From an uncultured Actinomycetota bacterium (GTDB taxonomy: Bacteria; Actinomycetota; Actinomycetes; JAHEKZ01): a DNA stretch of 64,000 nucleotides. This document shows positions 1-11,787 of the stretch, one piece after another. Where the stretch lies: contig CAWKCE010000005.1 of NCBI GenBank assembly GCA_963848085.1, forward strand, positions 303,667 through 367,666, given 5' to 3'. Under the pieces are notes generated by a model, which was given only the letters and a program-made list of their open reading frames with translations, was not told the origin of the DNA and ran no database searches. Position 1 is the stretch's first letter. Each line of letters begins with the position of its first letter. Made by a program: the position numbers and the translations under genes.

Positions 1-713
1 GGCGGCGACGAGTGCGGCCCGCAACGGCTCGACGTCGTCCACCGTGGGCGCCTTGACCGCCAGGGCGTCGATGCGGTCCACCCCGAACACCTGCTGAGCG
101 GTTGTCACGGGGATGTGCACCTCGTCGTCCCGGCTCGCGCCGAACGACGACCCCACCTCCTCGAAGACCCCGATGACGCGGAACCGGACTCCGGCGATCG
201 TCACCTGCCGACCGAGGGGTTCCACGTCAGGGAACAGCGCGTCGGAGACACTCGACCCGAGGATCGCCACCCGACGGCGGGTGTCGACATCGGTACCGGT
301 GAGGTACTCCCCCCGAGCGATCGGTCGGTCGAACACGTTCGGGACGTTCTCGTTGGTGCCCGCCACCGTGGTGAACACCCGCTCCGAGCCCACGCTGACC
401 CACTCACCGCTGGAGACGGTCGTCGCCACGGCATCCGGGTTGCCCACGATGCGGCCCAGGTACTCGACGTCGTCCAGCTGGAGACGGGAGATCGACGGCG
501 CAGAGCCAAAGTCGAGACTGCCCGGGACGACGAAGATCAGGTTGGATCCCAGACCTTCGACCTGGCTCTCGACCTCTTGCTTGGCCCCGCTGCCGATCGC
601 GACGAGCAGGACGACTGAGGCCACGCCGATGATCACGCCGAGCATGGTGAGAAGGCTGCGGAGGCGGTTCGCCCGCAGTGCGTCCAGGGCCACGCGGAAC
701 GCCTCGCCGGCCC

Positions 714-717
<4 letters not shown>
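1..717 (-). CDS. MacB/FtsX-family ABC transporter permease (N-terminal part; continues beyond the window start)
   Basis: Reverse-strand translation from the ATG at 717 gives [44 protein letters not shown]..., an FtsX/MacB permease N-terminus with a TM helix then a periplasmic domain. Its ATG overlaps the stop of the upstream ATPase (ATGA overlap). It is absent from the ORF track because it runs off the window edge. Confidence 0.75.
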
Positions 718-1432
<715 letters not shown>

Positions 1433-1436
<4 letters not shown>

Positions 1437-2779
1437 GGGAGCTCTTGGCCCTCGCTCACGAGGTCGGCGCCGCTGACCACGACCCGGTCGCCCTCGTCGA
1501 GCCCCTCGAGGATCTCCACATCGTCGGCCCCCTGGGCCCCGACCACGACCGGCACCTTGCGAGCCCGCCCGTCGACGTCCAACCAGGCGGCGTCCGCGTC
1601 ACCGTCGCGGAAGACCGTGGATACCGGAACGGCGACGACGTCCCGTGCCACCTTCACCCGCAAACTGGCGACCGCCGACATTCCGGGGCGAGGCGTTGGC
1701 GCCGGCTCCCCGGCGGCGGTCGTGCCGCCGCGCAGGTCGAGCCGCACCACGTAGCTCACGCCGCCACGACTGGATGTGACCGGGGTCAGGTCGACGTTGC
1801 GGACGACCGCGCGGTAGACCGCTCCCGGCACGGCATCGAACTCCACGCCGGACTTGACCCCCTTGTCCACGAGGAGCACGTCGGTCTCGTCGACCTGAGC
1901 GGTCAGCGACAGGGTCGACACGTCGGTGATGCTCAGCAGAGGGTCTCCCGACGACACTGGGCTGCCGACCTGGAGAACCCCGGTCGTGCTGCCCCCCGTT
2001 GCGCCGCTCGACCCACCGAGCAGGGCCTGGGCCTGCCCAGCCAGGTCTGCGGGGAGTCCACCCACCAGCCCGGAGACGTCGGAGCCCCCGGCCACCGCAG
2101 CCGAGCCGACGACCACCGTCCCGTTGATCGGTGCTTTCACCGTGAGGGCCTGGACCGCCGCCTGGGCCGCCCGGACGGCCGCCTGGACCTGGATCTGCTG
2201 CGCCTGGGCGAGGGAGTTCAGCGCCTGCTCGACGCTGGCCACCCCGCGGTTCACCTGGTCGACCAGCGCCTGAGACTGGACGACGGCCGCCTGGTACTGC
2301 GCCTCCGCGCGTCCGACCTGCGCGAGCGCCTGTGCCCGCAGCTGTCGGTCTGGGATGGAGCGCGCGGCCTCCCGGGCGCGCGCGAACGCGCGGTCGGCGG
2401 CGGCCTGCGACGCGGCCGTCTGCGCGCTGAGGTCCAGGCCGGCAAGCTCGAGTGAGGTGGTCGCGGCTGCTGCCTGCTCCGCTTGGGCGAGCGCGCGGTC
2501 GACGGCCGGAGAGTTGACCACCAGCAGGGTCTGGCCTTTGCGCACCCGGGCGCCGTCCCTCACGCGAAGGCTCTGGATCGTCCCGGTTGCCGGCGAGGTG
2601 ACGACAGCCGCTGCGCGCGCCACGGCAGTGGCCGGCGCCTCGACGACCTCGACGACCGTGGCCCGGCCAACTTCCGCCACCGAGACCTGGTTGGGCTCCT
2701 CCGCCGAACAGGCCGACACGACAACCAGGCAAGCCCCGGCGACGGCAAGGGCGGCGGAAGGGCGCGGGGAACGGTTCAC
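1433..2779 (-). CDS. Efflux periplasmic adaptor (HlyD/MacA-like membrane fusion protein), probable lipoprotein
   Basis: Signal peptide with a lipobox-like VVSACS. Long Ala/Gln-rich coiled-coil hairpin, and barrel-sandwich/beta-barrel segments typical of membrane fusion proteins. It is first in an MFP-ATPase-permease operon. Confidence 0.8.
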
Positions 2780-2844
2780 GTGATCATCGTAGGTTTGCCC
2801 GGCCGGACCGCGAGCCGCGGCCGCCCGCCGACGCCCTGCGACGC

Positions 2845-3654
2845 CTACTCGTGCCCCGAGGCCAGCTCTCGACTGCGGTCGCGGGCGGCCTCCAGGGCCG
2901 CGAGGAAGGCGGCGCGCACCTTGTGGTTCTCCATCTCCCGAATAGCGGCGATGGTCGTCCCGGCCGGAGACATGACTGCTTCGCGCAAGGTCTGCGGGGT
3001 GTCCCCCGAGTCACGCAGCATGACGGCCGACCCGATGGCGGTCTGGACGATCAGGTCGTGGGCCACACTGCGCGGCAGGCCGAGAAGGATGCCGGCATCG
3101 GTCATCGCCTCGACGAGGTAGAAGAAGTACGCCGGGCCGCTCCCGGAAAGAGCAGTCACCGCATCCTGTTGGGACTCCGGTACGCGGATGGTGCGCCCCA
3201 CGGACCTGAGGAGCTGCTCGGTGCGGGCCAGGTGCGACTCGGTCGCGTGGGAGCCGGCCGAAAGCGCGCTCATTGCCTGGTCCACCAGTACCGGGGTGTT
3301 GGACATCACTCGCACGACCGGGACGCCGGCCGCCAGGCGGCGCTCGATGAACTCCGTGGTGATGCCCGCGGCGACCGAGACCACGAGCTGTTCTGACGTG
3401 ACGGACGGCTCGATCTCGGCCAGCAGCGCTCCCATGTCCTGGGGCTTCACCGCCACGATGATTGTCTGCGCGGCCTTCACCGCGGCGTCGTTGTCCACCA
3501 CCTCGACGCCGTACCGGTCGGCCAACCGCTCGGCACGTTCCGCCTCCCGCGAGGTGACGAGCAGGTCAGCCGGCGAGCCACCCGCCCGGATCAGCCCGGA
3601 CAGCAACGCCTCGCCCATCTTTCCGGCGCCGAGGATCGCGATGCGGTCCGCCAT
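2845..3654 (-). CDS. proC: Pyrroline-5-carboxylate reductase
   Basis: MADRIAILGAGKMGEALLSGL... NADP Rossmann motif, plus ProC C-terminal dimerisation region with TAIGSAVML/SPAGTTIAAIRE motifs. The 397-aa track ORF has a ~128-aa Arg-rich spurious N-extension, so I trimmed to the ATG at 3654. Confidence 0.9.
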   Translation of the reverse strand: MADRIAILGAGKMGEALLSGLIRAGGSPADLLVTSREAERAERLADRYGVEVVDNDAAVKAAQTIIVAVKPQDMGALLAEIEPSVTSEQLVVSVAAGITTEFIERRLAAGVPVVRVMSNTPVLVDQAMSALSAGSHATESHLARTEQLLRSVGRTIRVPESQQDAVTALSGSGPAYFFYLVEAMTDAGILLGLPRSVAHDLIVQTAIGSAVMLRDSGDTPQTLREAVMSPAGTTIAAIREMENHKVRAAFLAALEAARDRSRELASGHE

Positions 3655-3665
3655 GCCCCACCTCC

Positions 3666-4595
3666 TCAGTCGCCGCCCAGCATGGCACGCACGCCGAGCA
3701 TGAGGTTGGCCGGACGCTCGGCCATGCGGCGCACGAGGTAGCCGTACCACTGGTCGCCGTACGGGACGTAGATGCGCACCTTTTCGCCGGCATCCAGGAG
3801 ACGCCGCTGCTCGTCCCGACGGACGCCGTACAGCATCTGGAACTCGTACGTCCCCTTCGCCCGGTCGTTTCGCACCGTCAAGGCCTCGGCCACCGCGATC
3901 AGCCGGTCGTCGTGCGTGGCCAGCATGGGGTAGCCGTTTCCGGCCATGAGGATCTTCAGGCATCGCACGAAGGCGAGGTCGACGTCGCTGCGCGCCTGGT
4001 GTGCCACCGATTCGGGCTCCTTGTACGCGCCCTTGCACAGCCGGATGCGCGATCCCGCAGTCGCCAGGTCCCGGCAGTCGCCCTCGGTCCGGCGCAGATA
4101 GGCCTGCAGCACCGCGCCGGTGTCGGGGAAGTCATTCCGAAGCGTGTGCAACGCGTCGAGCGTGAGGTCGGTCGTGGTGTGGTCCTCCATGTCGAGCGTG
4201 ACGGTGGTCCCGGCGGCCTCAGCGGCCTGGCAGATCGCGCGGGCGTTGTCCGTGGCGAGCGCCGGCCCGTCACCACCGAGCGCCTGGCCGACCGCGGACA
4301 GCTTCACCGACACCTCGGCGCCACTGGTGAGGCCGGAGTCGGCGAGCCGGCCCAGGATCGTCACGTACGCGTCGCGAGTGGCGTCGGCCTGGGCGCGGTC
4401 CAGTGTGTCCTCGCCCAGGTGGTCGAGCGAGACGAAGTAGCCGGAACGCACGAGCTCGTCAGTGGCCCGCACTGCGTCGTCGTCGGTCTCTCCGGCCGCG
4501 AAGCGGGTCACCACGCCACCCACCCCGGGCGCCGTGGTGACGACCTTCTTCACTACGTCGCTGCGGGTGGCGGACAGCAGGATGTCGCGGAGCAC
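3666..4595 (-). CDS. Proline dehydrogenase (PRODH family)
   Basis: PRODH motifs SVKLSAVG, TVTLDMEDHTTTDLTLD, LQAYLRR, RLCKGAYKEP, FQMLYGV and YVPYGDQWYGYLVRRMAERPANL. The upstream part of the 573-aa ORF is antisense to the ABC-2 permease, so I trimmed to the GTG at 4595 (VLRDILLSATRS...). The exact start is uncertain. Confidence 0.8.
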   Translation of the reverse strand: MLRDILLSATRSDVVKKVVTTAPGVGGVVTRFAAGETDDDAVRATDELVRSGYFVSLDHLGEDTLDRAQADATRDAYVTILGRLADSGLTSGAEVSVKLSAVGQALGGDGPALATDNARAICQAAEAAGTTVTLDMEDHTTTDLTLDALHTLRNDFPDTGAVLQAYLRRTEGDCRDLATAGSRIRLCKGAYKEPESVAHQARSDVDLAFVRCLKILMAGNGYPMLATHDDRLIAVAEALTVRNDRAKGTYEFQMLYGVRRDEQRRLLDAGEKVRIYVPYGDQWYGYLVRRMAERPANLMLGVRAMLGGD

Positions 4596-4666
4596 GGAGC
4601 CAGGGTAGAGCGTGCCGCCCACGGGCCATGTGACGCCGGGTGGTCGGAGGTCTCGACGGGCAGGGC

Positions 4667-5404
4667 TCACGGGGTGCGGCGACGCAGCGTCGCCGCACCC
4701 AGCACCAGAGCCGCCAACGTGAAGCCGAGCACCACCGCGAGGTTTCCCCACAGGGACGCTCCCACCGTGGGCGATGTCGTCAGGTGCTTCATGGCATCCA
4801 CCGCATAGGACAGCGGCATCACCATCGAGACCACCTCGAGCACCGGTGGCAGCTGGTCGCGTGCCACGAGCAGACCAGACAGCAGGAGCTGCGGAAAGAT
4901 CACCGCGGGCATGAACTGCACGGCCTGGAACTCCGTCGCGGCGAACGCGCTGACCCACAGGCCGAGGGCTGTCCCCAGCAGAGCATCGGCCACCGCCACC
5001 AGGACGACCGCCCACGCCGGTCCGGCGACGTCCAGCCCGAACACGCTGAGGCTGAGGGTGGCGACGACAACTGCCTGCGCGGTCGCAGCCAGACCGAACG
5101 CGAGTGCGTAGCCACCGAGGAAGTCGGCCTTGCCCATCGGCATGGCGAGGAGTCGTTCGAGAGTCCCTGAACGACGCTCCCGCAGCGTCGTCACCGCGGT
5201 GATGAGGAACATGACGATGCACGGGAACAGGCCCAGCAGCGAGGCGCCGATCTGGTCGAAGAAGCCGGGCTGGTCGGAGTACATCCACGCGAGCAGCCCC
5301 ATCAGCATGGTGGGCACGCCCAGGATGAGAGCGATCGACCGGTGGTCGTGCCGGATCTGGGTCAGTGCCCGCCGCGCGGTTGCCCACGTGATGCGCCAGG
5401 TCAT
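4667..5404 (-). CDS. ABC-2 family transporter permease
   Basis: 245-aa polytopic membrane protein with six predicted TM helices, with ABC-2 permease topology. 4-nt overlap with the upstream ATPase. Confidence 0.8.
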   Translation of the reverse strand: MTWRITWATARRALTQIRHDHRSIALILGVPTMLMGLLAWMYSDQPGFFDQIGASLLGLFPCIVMFLITAVTTLRERRSGTLERLLAMPMGKADFLGGYALAFGLAATAQAVVVATLSLSVFGLDVAGPAWAVVLVAVADALLGTALGLWVSAFAATEFQAVQFMPAVIFPQLLLSGLLVARDQLPPVLEVVSMVMPLSYAVDAMKHLTTSPTVGASLWGNLAVVLGFTLAALVLGAATLRRRTP

Positions 5405-6150
5405 CGGTCGCCGTTCGCCCCGGCCGGGCCGGCCCCGACCAGCTTCAGGAAGGCCTCTTCCACAGTGTCCGACTCGGTGCGCACCAGGAGCTCGGGCAAC
5501 GTCGAGTCGGCGATCAGGTCACCCTCGCGGACGAGCAGCAGCCGGTGACACCTGGTCGCCTCGTCCATCACGTGGCTGGACACCAGGAGGGTCACGCCGC
5601 GGTCCGCGAGGTCGTGGAACAGCGACCACAGGTCGGACCGCAGGACCGGGTCCAGTCCAACGGTCGGCTCGTCCAGGACCAGCAGCTCCGGCGCGCCCAG
5701 CAGTGTCACCGCCAGCGACACGCGAGCGTGCTGCCCACCGGACATCTGCGAGACCACGCGGTCGGCAGCATCTGTCAGGTCCACCTCGGCCAGGACGCGG
5801 TCGACGTCGCTGGCCGGGGCGCCGAGGACGGCGGCGAAGTAGCTGAGGTTCTCCCGGGCGGTCAGGTCGGGGTACACCGACGGTGCCTGCGTGAGGTAGC
5901 CGACCCGGTGGCGGAGATCGGGAGACCCCGCCGGCAGCCCCAGCACGTCCACTACTCCGGACTCCACGATCTGGACCCCGACGAGTGCGCGCATGAGCGT
6001 GCTCTTCCCGCCCCCGGAGGGGCCAAGGAGGCCGGTCACCGTCCCCCGTTGGACGGTCAGCGACATCCCGTGCAGCACCTCCATCCCGCCGCGCACGACC
6101 CTCAGGTCGGACACCACCACCGCGGCATCACCCACGCGGGGCTCGGTCAT
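5401..6150 (-). CDS. ABC transporter ATP-binding protein (ABC-2/DrrA-like)
   Basis: [52 protein letters not shown]..., signature [15 protein letters not shown], Walker [13 protein letters not shown]. The track ORF is over-extended into the isomerase gene, so I trimmed to the ATG at 6150. Confidence 0.85.
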   Translation of the reverse strand: MTEPRVGDAAVVVSDLRVVRGGMEVLHGMSLTVQRGTVTGLLGPSGGGKSTLMRALVGVQIVESGVVDVLGLPAGSPDLRHRVGYLTQAPSVYPDLTARENLSYFAAVLGAPASDVDRVLAEVDLTDAADRVVSQMSGGQHARVSLAVTLLGAPELLVLDEPTVGLDPVLRSDLWSLFHDLADRGVTLLVSSHVMDEATRCHRLLLVREGDLIADSTLPELLVRTESDTVEEAFLKLVGAGPAGANGDR

Positions 6151-6962
6151 TGGCGGGCTGACGGTGCTGCCAGGTGCAGGCGGGCGAACGCCAAGGACTC
6201 CGCGAGGTCCGCCTCGCGCTCTGCCCGCGTCGCCGCTCGCCGGGTGTTGACCTCGAGCACCACGGTTCCGGAGAAGTCCCCCACCGCGAGCTCCTCGAGG
6301 AGCTCGCCGCACGGCTGGCTCCCCCGGCCCGGGACGAGGTGCTCGTCGCGGCTGATGCCGGTGCCGTCCGCCAAGTGGACGTGGGCCAGTCGGTCGCCCA
6401 TGACCGTCGCCATCCCGAGCGCGTCCGATCCGGACACAGCGGTGTGGGACAGATCGAGCGTCAGGTGCGGGAAGTCGAAGTCCACCGGGTTCCAGCTCGG
6501 GAGGTAGGCCTGGACCTCGCGGTTGCGGGCCCGCCAGGGGAACATGTTCTCCACGGCGAAGCGCACATCGGTCTCTTCCTCCATGCGCAGCACGCCCTCG
6601 ACGAAGCTCCGGGCGTACTCCCGCTGCCAGCGGAAGGGCGGGTGGACGACGACCACGGACGCACCGACCCGCTCGGCGGCCTCGCGAGCGCGGTGCAGCT
6701 TCCCCCACGGCTCGCTTCCCCACACCCGCTGGGTGATGAGCAGGCACGGTGCGTGCACCGCGAGGACCGGCACCTGATGCTGGTCGGACAGGCGGGCCAA
6801 CGCGTCCGCGTCCTGGCTGACCGAGTCGGTCCACACCATGACCTCGACACCGTCGTATCCGAGCTGGGCGGCCAGCTCGAAGGCCGACGCCGTCGACTCC
6901 GGGTAGACCGAGGCCGACGACAGCGCGACCTTCGCGTCGGGGACGACAACCGCATCGCTCAC
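6147..6962 (-). CDS. Sugar phosphate isomerase/epimerase (xylose-isomerase-like TIM barrel; Rv0498-like)
   Basis: AP-endonuclease-2/xylose isomerase-like TIM-barrel fold signatures (YDGVEV..., VHAPC..., VVVHPP..., FAVENM...). Syntenic with ppx as in mycobacteria. Confidence 0.75.
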   Translation of the reverse strand: MSDAVVVPDAKVALSSASVYPESTASAFELAAQLGYDGVEVMVWTDSVSQDADALARLSDQHQVPVLAVHAPCLLITQRVWGSEPWGKLHRAREAAERVGASVVVVHPPFRWQREYARSFVEGVLRMEEETDVRFAVENMFPWRARNREVQAYLPSWNPVDFDFPHLTLDLSHTAVSGSDALGMATVMGDRLAHVHLADGTGISRDEHLVPGRGSQPCGELLEELAVGDFSGTVVLEVNTRRAATRAEREADLAESLAFARLHLAAPSARQ

Positions 6963-6969
6963 GCTGGCC

Positions 6970-7899
6970 TCACCGGGCCATCTGGTCGAGGCGGCGGAGG
7001 ATCACGCCCTCCCGAAGCGCCCATGGGCAGACCTCCAGCCGATCGGCCTCCAGGAGGTCCATGGCACCGTCGGCCACGATCGCCCCGGCCAGCAGCTGAC
7101 CTGCTCGCCCGACCGACACCCCAGGGAGCTCGGCTCGCTCCTGCACCGTCATCCTGGCAAGCATCGGCAACGACTCGACCAGCGCTGCGTGCGGCAGGAA
7201 GCGCTGCACGTACGGGCCGTCCGAGGAGGGGGCGGCCCCCGCGAGGCGGCTCAGCTGGCGGAAGGTCTTGGACGTGCCCACGACGTGAGATGGCCCGCCG
7301 AGCTGGATGATGTCGGCAACGTGGCGAGCGATCTCAGCACGCACATGCTTGCGGAGCAGCTTCACCTGTGACGCCTCGGGCGGGTCGCCGGAGAGGAACT
7401 CCCGGGTCAGCCGGCCGGCTCCCAGAGGCAGCGAGAACACGCCGTCGGGCTCCTCGCCGAACCCGGTCGCGACCTCCAGCGAGCCACCGCCGATGTCCAG
7501 GACCAATAGCCGGCCGCTGGACCACCCAAACCACCGTCGTACCGCCAGGAACGTCAGCCGCGCCTCCGCCTCACCGCTGAGGACCTCCAGCGCCACCCCC
7601 GACCGCTGGAGAACCAGGTCGAGCACCTCATCCCCATTCGGCGCCTCCCGAATGGCCGACGTGGCGAAGGCGAGCATCTCCTCGACGCCCTTGTCCTCCG
7701 CAACCTGGACGGCCTCGCCGACAAAGGTGGCCAGCCGATCGGCGCCGTCGTCGCCAATGCGCCCCTCGGAGTCAAGAAACTCCGCCAGCCGCAGCTCGGT
7801 CTTGTACGAGTGCGCGGACCGCGGCGCAGCTCCGTGGTAGCCGTCCACGACGAGCAGGTGCACGGTGTTGGATCCGACGTCCAGCACTCCCAGCCTCAT
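6970..7899 (-). CDS. ppx: Ppx/GppA family phosphatase (exopolyphosphatase / guanosine pentaphosphate phosphohydrolase)
   Basis: N-terminal [18 protein letters not shown] and [12 protein letters not shown] actin-like ATPase-fold motifs of Ppx/GppA. Confidence 0.85.
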   Translation of the reverse strand: MRLGVLDVGSNTVHLLVVDGYHGAAPRSAHSYKTELRLAEFLDSEGRIGDDGADRLATFVGEAVQVAEDKGVEEMLAFATSAIREAPNGDEVLDLVLQRSGVALEVLSGEAEARLTFLAVRRWFGWSSGRLLVLDIGGGSLEVATGFGEEPDGVFSLPLGAGRLTREFLSGDPPEASQVKLLRKHVRAEIARHVADIIQLGGPSHVVGTSKTFRQLSRLAGAAPSSDGPYVQRFLPHAALVESLPMLARMTVQERAELPGVSVGRAGQLLAGAIVADGAMDLLEADRLEVCPWALREGVILRRLDQMAR

Positions 7900-7936
7900 C
7901 CCCCGGACGCTACCCCCAGCCCCCCGCCTCTAGTCT

Positions 7937-8716
7937 GTGGCGGTGCCCGAAGTGAGCCTCGACTTCCCCCGTGCCTGGGTGGAGTTCACCGACCCCGTCG
8001 ACGCCGAGCAGGTCTTCCGGTGCGACGTCACCTGGCTGACGTCGAGCTGGACCTGCATCTTCGGCTCTGGCTGCAAGGGCATCTACTCTGACCGCGGCGA
8101 CGACGGGTGCTGCACCCTCGGCGCCCACTTCTCGGACAAGGACGACGAGAAGCGCGTCAAGAAGTGGGCGGCCAAGCTCGGGCCAGAGGACTGGCAGTAC
8201 CACGGGGCCAAGAAGATCACCGAGAAGGACGAGGACGGCGGTCGCAAGACCAGGGTGGTGGACGGCGCCTGCGTCTTCCTCAACCGCCCGGGGTTCGCCG
8301 GCGGCCCCGGGTGCGCTCTCCACAAGCTGGCGCTCGACCGTGGCATCTCGATCGTGCGCACCAAGCCAGACGTGTGCTGGCAGCTGCCGATTCGCCGCAC
8401 CTACCGGCACGTCGACCGGCCCGACGGCACGCAGTACCTCGAGATCACCGTTACTGAGTTCGACCGGCGCGGATGGGGAGCCGGGGGCCACGACCTGTCG
8501 TGGTTCTGCACGTCGAACACCGAGGCCCACATCGGCGCCGAACCGGTCTACGTCAGCAACCGAGACGAGCTGGTCGAGCTGATGGGCGAAGCGGCGTACG
8601 CAGAGCTGGTTCGGCACTGCGAACAGCGGATGGCGGCGGCGAACCTGCCCGCCCCTCACCCGGCATCGCGCCCTCCGACCGGTCGTGCCACCCCGAAGAA
8701 GGACCGACGCTCCTAG
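7937..8716 (+). CDS. Conserved actinobacterial hypothetical protein, cysteine-rich (Rv0495c-like)
   Basis: 259-aa ORF with balanced composition and many conserved Cys/His ([37 protein letters not shown]) suggesting metal binding. It sits next to ppx as in mycobacteria. Confidence 0.6.
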   Translation: MAVPEVSLDFPRAWVEFTDPVDAEQVFRCDVTWLTSSWTCIFGSGCKGIYSDRGDDGCCTLGAHFSDKDDEKRVKKWAAKLGPEDWQYHGAKKITEKDEDGGRKTRVVDGACVFLNRPGFAGGPGCALHKLALDRGISIVRTKPDVCWQLPIRRTYRHVDRPDGTQYLEITVTEFDRRGWGAGGHDLSWFCTSNTEAHIGAEPVYVSNRDELVELMGEAAYAELVRHCEQRMAAANLPAPHPASRPPTGRATPKKDRRS

Positions 8717-8758
8717 CCGTGGAACCGCAGCCTGCTGGGATCGTGGACCCCGGCGGGG

Positions 8759-9085
8759 CTACAGGAACTTCTCCGCCGGGGGGGGCGGGGGGGCGGTCAG
8801 GTCCATCCCGTGGAGGTCAGCGACCTCGGACACGAACCACTTGTCGAAGTCGTTGTCCGACGTCGCCACGTTCCTCAGGTAGCTCTCCTCGCCGGGACCC
8901 TCGTGAACGACGATCGCCAGCTTGCTGCCGTCGGGGTTGATCTGGAGCCAGGCATGGTGTCCGGTGAGCTGGTGCCGGGCATTGGACGCCTCGAACTCGG
9001 CCTTGCGGGGACCGGTCAGCTCGGCCACCCACGCCTTCCACTGGTCGGCTTTGCCCGGGAGAATTGGAGCAGCCATCGCGCCCAT
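8759..9085 (-). CDS. Hypothetical small protein (108 aa) with C-terminal poly-Pro tail
   Basis: Non-biased composition with Lys/Trp/Asp-rich segments unlike GC-frame artefacts. I do not recognise the family. Confidence 0.5.
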   Translation of the reverse strand: MGAMAAPILPGKADQWKAWVAELTGPRKAEFEASNARHQLTGHHAWLQINPDGSKLAIVVHEGPGEESYLRNVATSDNDFDKWFVSEVADLHGMDLTAPPPPPAEKFL

Positions 9086-9282
9086 GCGGAGTCCTCACTG
9101 GTTGGCCGTCGGGTCCAGTTACCCAACGCCGGCACTGTGCTCCCCGTTGGCGCGCCGGTCAAGGGAGCGGCGAAGCGCCGCCGACACACCAACTGGCACC
9201 ACGTTCCGCGTCTCCAACCGCGCGGCCGCCTCCGGGTCCCGCTTCACGTCTGCTGTCGGACCGAACGTCTAGCGTTCCGGGC

Positions 9283-10653
9283 ATGGCCAAGACACGACCG
9301 GTGTTCCGGTGCTCCGAGTGCGGCTGGCAGACCGGCAAGTGGGTGGGACGCTGTGCTGAGTGCCAGGCGTGGGGAACCGTCGACCAGTCCGGTCCGCCAG
9401 CAAGCCGTGGGGTCACTGCCGGACCGGTGAGTGCGCCCGCCCGACCGATCGTGGAGATCGACGTCGAGGAGGCGCGCGCCCGCCCGACCGACGTCCCCGA
9501 GCTGGACCGCGTGCTCGGGGGCGGGCTGGTTCCAGGCGGCGTCGTCCTGATGGCCGGCGAGCCTGGGGTCGGCAAGTCCACGTTGCTGCTGGACGTCGCA
9601 GCCCGTTCGGCGCGCGCCGGCATCACCACGCTCTACATCACGGGGGAGGAGTCAGCAGCTCAGGTGCGCCTGCGGGCCGACCGCATCACCGCCGTTCACG
9701 GTGGGCTCTGGCTGGCAGCCGAGACCGACCTGGGCGCCGTGCTCGGGCAGGTCGACGCGGTCCAGCCCGGGCTGCTCGTCGTGGACTCGGTACAGACCAT
9801 CATGTCCACAGAGGCGGAAGGGGCGGCCGGTGGTGTCACCCAGGTCCGGGAGGTCGCGGCCGCACTGATCCGGGTGGCCAAGCAGCGCGGCATCGCGACC
9901 GTGCTCGTCGGCCACGTCACCAAGGACGGGTCGGTTGCGGGACCTCGCCTGTTGGAGCACCTGGTCGACGTCGTCCTGCAGTTCGAGGGCGACCGCCACC
10001 ACCGGCTGCGGCTCGTCAGGGCGACGAAGAACCGGTTTGGGCCCACCGACGAGGTCGGCTGCTTCGACCTGGACGACGGTGGGATCCGGGGGCTGGCTGA
10101 CCCCAGCGGGCTGTTCCTGTCCCGGCGAACCGAGCCGGTGCCGGGGACGTGCGTCACCGTCACGTTGGAGGGTCGCCGTCCGCTGGTGGCCGAGGTGCAG
10201 GCGCTGGTTGCCCCGAGCACGCAGAGCACGCCCCGCCGGGCGTCGTCCGGCCTTGACCCCTCTCGAAGCGCCATGGTGCTGGCAGTGCTGGCGGCTCGGT
10301 CGCGGCTTCCGCTGGCCCAGTCGGAGATCTACACCGCCACCGTCGGGGGCGTCCAGCTGCGGGAGCCAGCAGCCGATCTCGCGCTGGCGCTCGCCGTGGC
10401 CAGTGCGGTCACCGACCGCCCGCTCCCGACTGATCTGGTGGCGATCGGGGAGGTCGGGCTCGCCGGCGAGATACGTACTGTCAGCGGGATCACCCGCCGT
10501 CTGGCGGAGGCCGTGCGGTTCGGTTTCGCGCGGGCCGTGGTCCCGGTCGACCCCGGTCCGATTCCGGACGGGATGACCGTGGTCGAGGCGCCCGATCTCC
10601 AGGTTGCCCTGCGCTCCCTGCTCGCGCCGGTTCGCGGGCCCAGCCAGGGCTAG
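9283..10653 (+). CDS. radA: DNA repair protein RadA (Sms)
   Basis: C4 zinc finger CSECGWQTGKWVGRCAECQAWG, Walker A GEPGVGKSTLLL, KNRFG motif, and a C-terminal Lon-like domain. The track ORF is over-extended, so I trimmed to the ATG at 9283 (MAKTRPVFRC). Confidence 0.93.
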   Translation: MAKTRPVFRCSECGWQTGKWVGRCAECQAWGTVDQSGPPASRGVTAGPVSAPARPIVEIDVEEARARPTDVPELDRVLGGGLVPGGVVLMAGEPGVGKSTLLLDVAARSARAGITTLYITGEESAAQVRLRADRITAVHGGLWLAAETDLGAVLGQVDAVQPGLLVVDSVQTIMSTEAEGAAGGVTQVREVAAALIRVAKQRGIATVLVGHVTKDGSVAGPRLLEHLVDVVLQFEGDRHHRLRLVRATKNRFGPTDEVGCFDLDDGGIRGLADPSGLFLSRRTEPVPGTCVTVTLEGRRPLVAEVQALVAPSTQSTPRRASSGLDPSRSAMVLAVLAARSRLPLAQSEIYTATVGGVQLREPAADLALALAVASAVTDRPLPTDLVAIGEVGLAGEIRTVSGITRRLAEAVRFGFARAVVPVDPGPIPDGMTVVEAPDLQVALRSLLAPVRGPSQG

Positions 10654-10689
10654 ACTCGCGCCGACTTCGCAGCCGAACCGGGGGTACGT

Positions 10690-11787
10690 GTGGCCATGCC
10701 GGACAAGCCCCTGACCGACGTCGGCTCCGTCCTGCGCTCGACGCTCGCCACCGTGGCTCCCGGAACCATCCTGCGGGACGGGCTGGAGCGGGTGCTGCGC
10801 GGCCGCACCGGAGGGTTGGTCGTCCTCGGCTATGACAAGAACGTCCAGGCCCTGTGCAGCGGAGGGTTCCAGCTGGACGTCGAGTTCACCGCCACCCGGC
10901 TTCGGGAGCTCGCGAAGATGGACGGCGCCGTCATTCTCGACGGCGAGGGCACGCGCATCCATCGGGCGGCAGTCCACCTCATGCCAGATCCCACGATCTC
11001 GTCCGACGAGATGGGCACCCGCCACCGCACGGCCGAGCGAGTCGCCAAGCAGACGCAGAACCCGGTGCTGTCCGTCAGCCAGTCGATGAACATCATCGTC
11101 TTGTACGTCGATGGCCGCCGTTACGTGCTCGAGGACTCCGCCGCCATCTTGTCCCGAGCCAACCTGGCGATGGCCACGCTGGAGCGCTACAAGCTTCGGC
11201 TGGACGAGGTGTCCGGGACCTTGTCCGCACTCGAGATCGAGGACCTGGTGACCGTCCGGGACGTCGCCGCGGTGGCGCAGCGGTTGGAGATGGTCCGACG
11301 CATTGCCCGCGAGATCGATGGGTACGTCGTCGAGCTCGGCTCCGACGGCCGGCTGATCGCCCTGCAGCTGGACGAGCTGATCGCCGGGGTGGAGACCGAC
11401 CGTGAGCTCGTCGTGCGCGACTACCTACCCACGCCCTCACGCAAGTCCGCCACCACCGCATCGGTCGTGGCTGCTCTCGACGCGCTGAGCGACCTGGACC
11501 TGCTCGACCTGTCCGCCGTCGCCAAGGCGATGGGGCTGGCGACCGGCGCGGACAGCCTCGACCAGTCAGTCAGCCCGCGCGGCTACCGGCTGCTCGCGCG
11601 GGTCCCGCGCATCCCCAGCCACGTCGTCGACGGGCTGGTGGGGCACTTCGGGGGGCTGCAGCGGCTGCTCGCCGCCGGGATCGACGACCTCCGAGCGGTC
11701 GAAGGCGTGGGAGACGCGCGGGCGCGCACCGTCCGCGAGGGGCTGTCGCGACTGGCCGAGTCGAGCATCCTCGAGCGCTACGTCTGA
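10690..11787 (+). CDS. disA: DNA integrity scanning protein DisA (diadenylate cyclase)
   Basis: DAC domain motifs DGAVIL and GTRHRTAER, a linker, and a C-terminal HhH DNA-binding domain. Immediately downstream of radA as in actinobacteria. Confidence 0.92.
   Translation: MAMPDKPLTDVGSVLRSTLATVAPGTILRDGLERVLRGRTGGLVVLGYDKNVQALCSGGFQLDVEFTATRLRELAKMDGAVILDGEGTRIHRAAVHLMPDPTISSDEMGTRHRTAERVAKQTQNPVLSVSQSMNIIVLYVDGRRYVLEDSAAILSRANLAMATLERYKLRLDEVSGTLSALEIEDLVTVRDVAAVAQRLEMVRRIAREIDGYVVELGSDGRLIALQLDELIAGVETDRELVVRDYLPTPSRKSATTASVVAALDALSDLDLLDLSAVAKAMGLATGADSLDQSVSPRGYRLLARVPRIPSHVVDGLVGHFGGLQRLLAAGIDDLRAVEGVGDARARTVREGLSRLAESSILERYV

Noticed and set aside
3655-5387. 573-aa ORF read as a single large protein
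   Set aside because: Only the C-terminal ~309 aa match PRODH. The N-terminal half is antisense to the ABC-2 permease gene, so I split and trimmed it.
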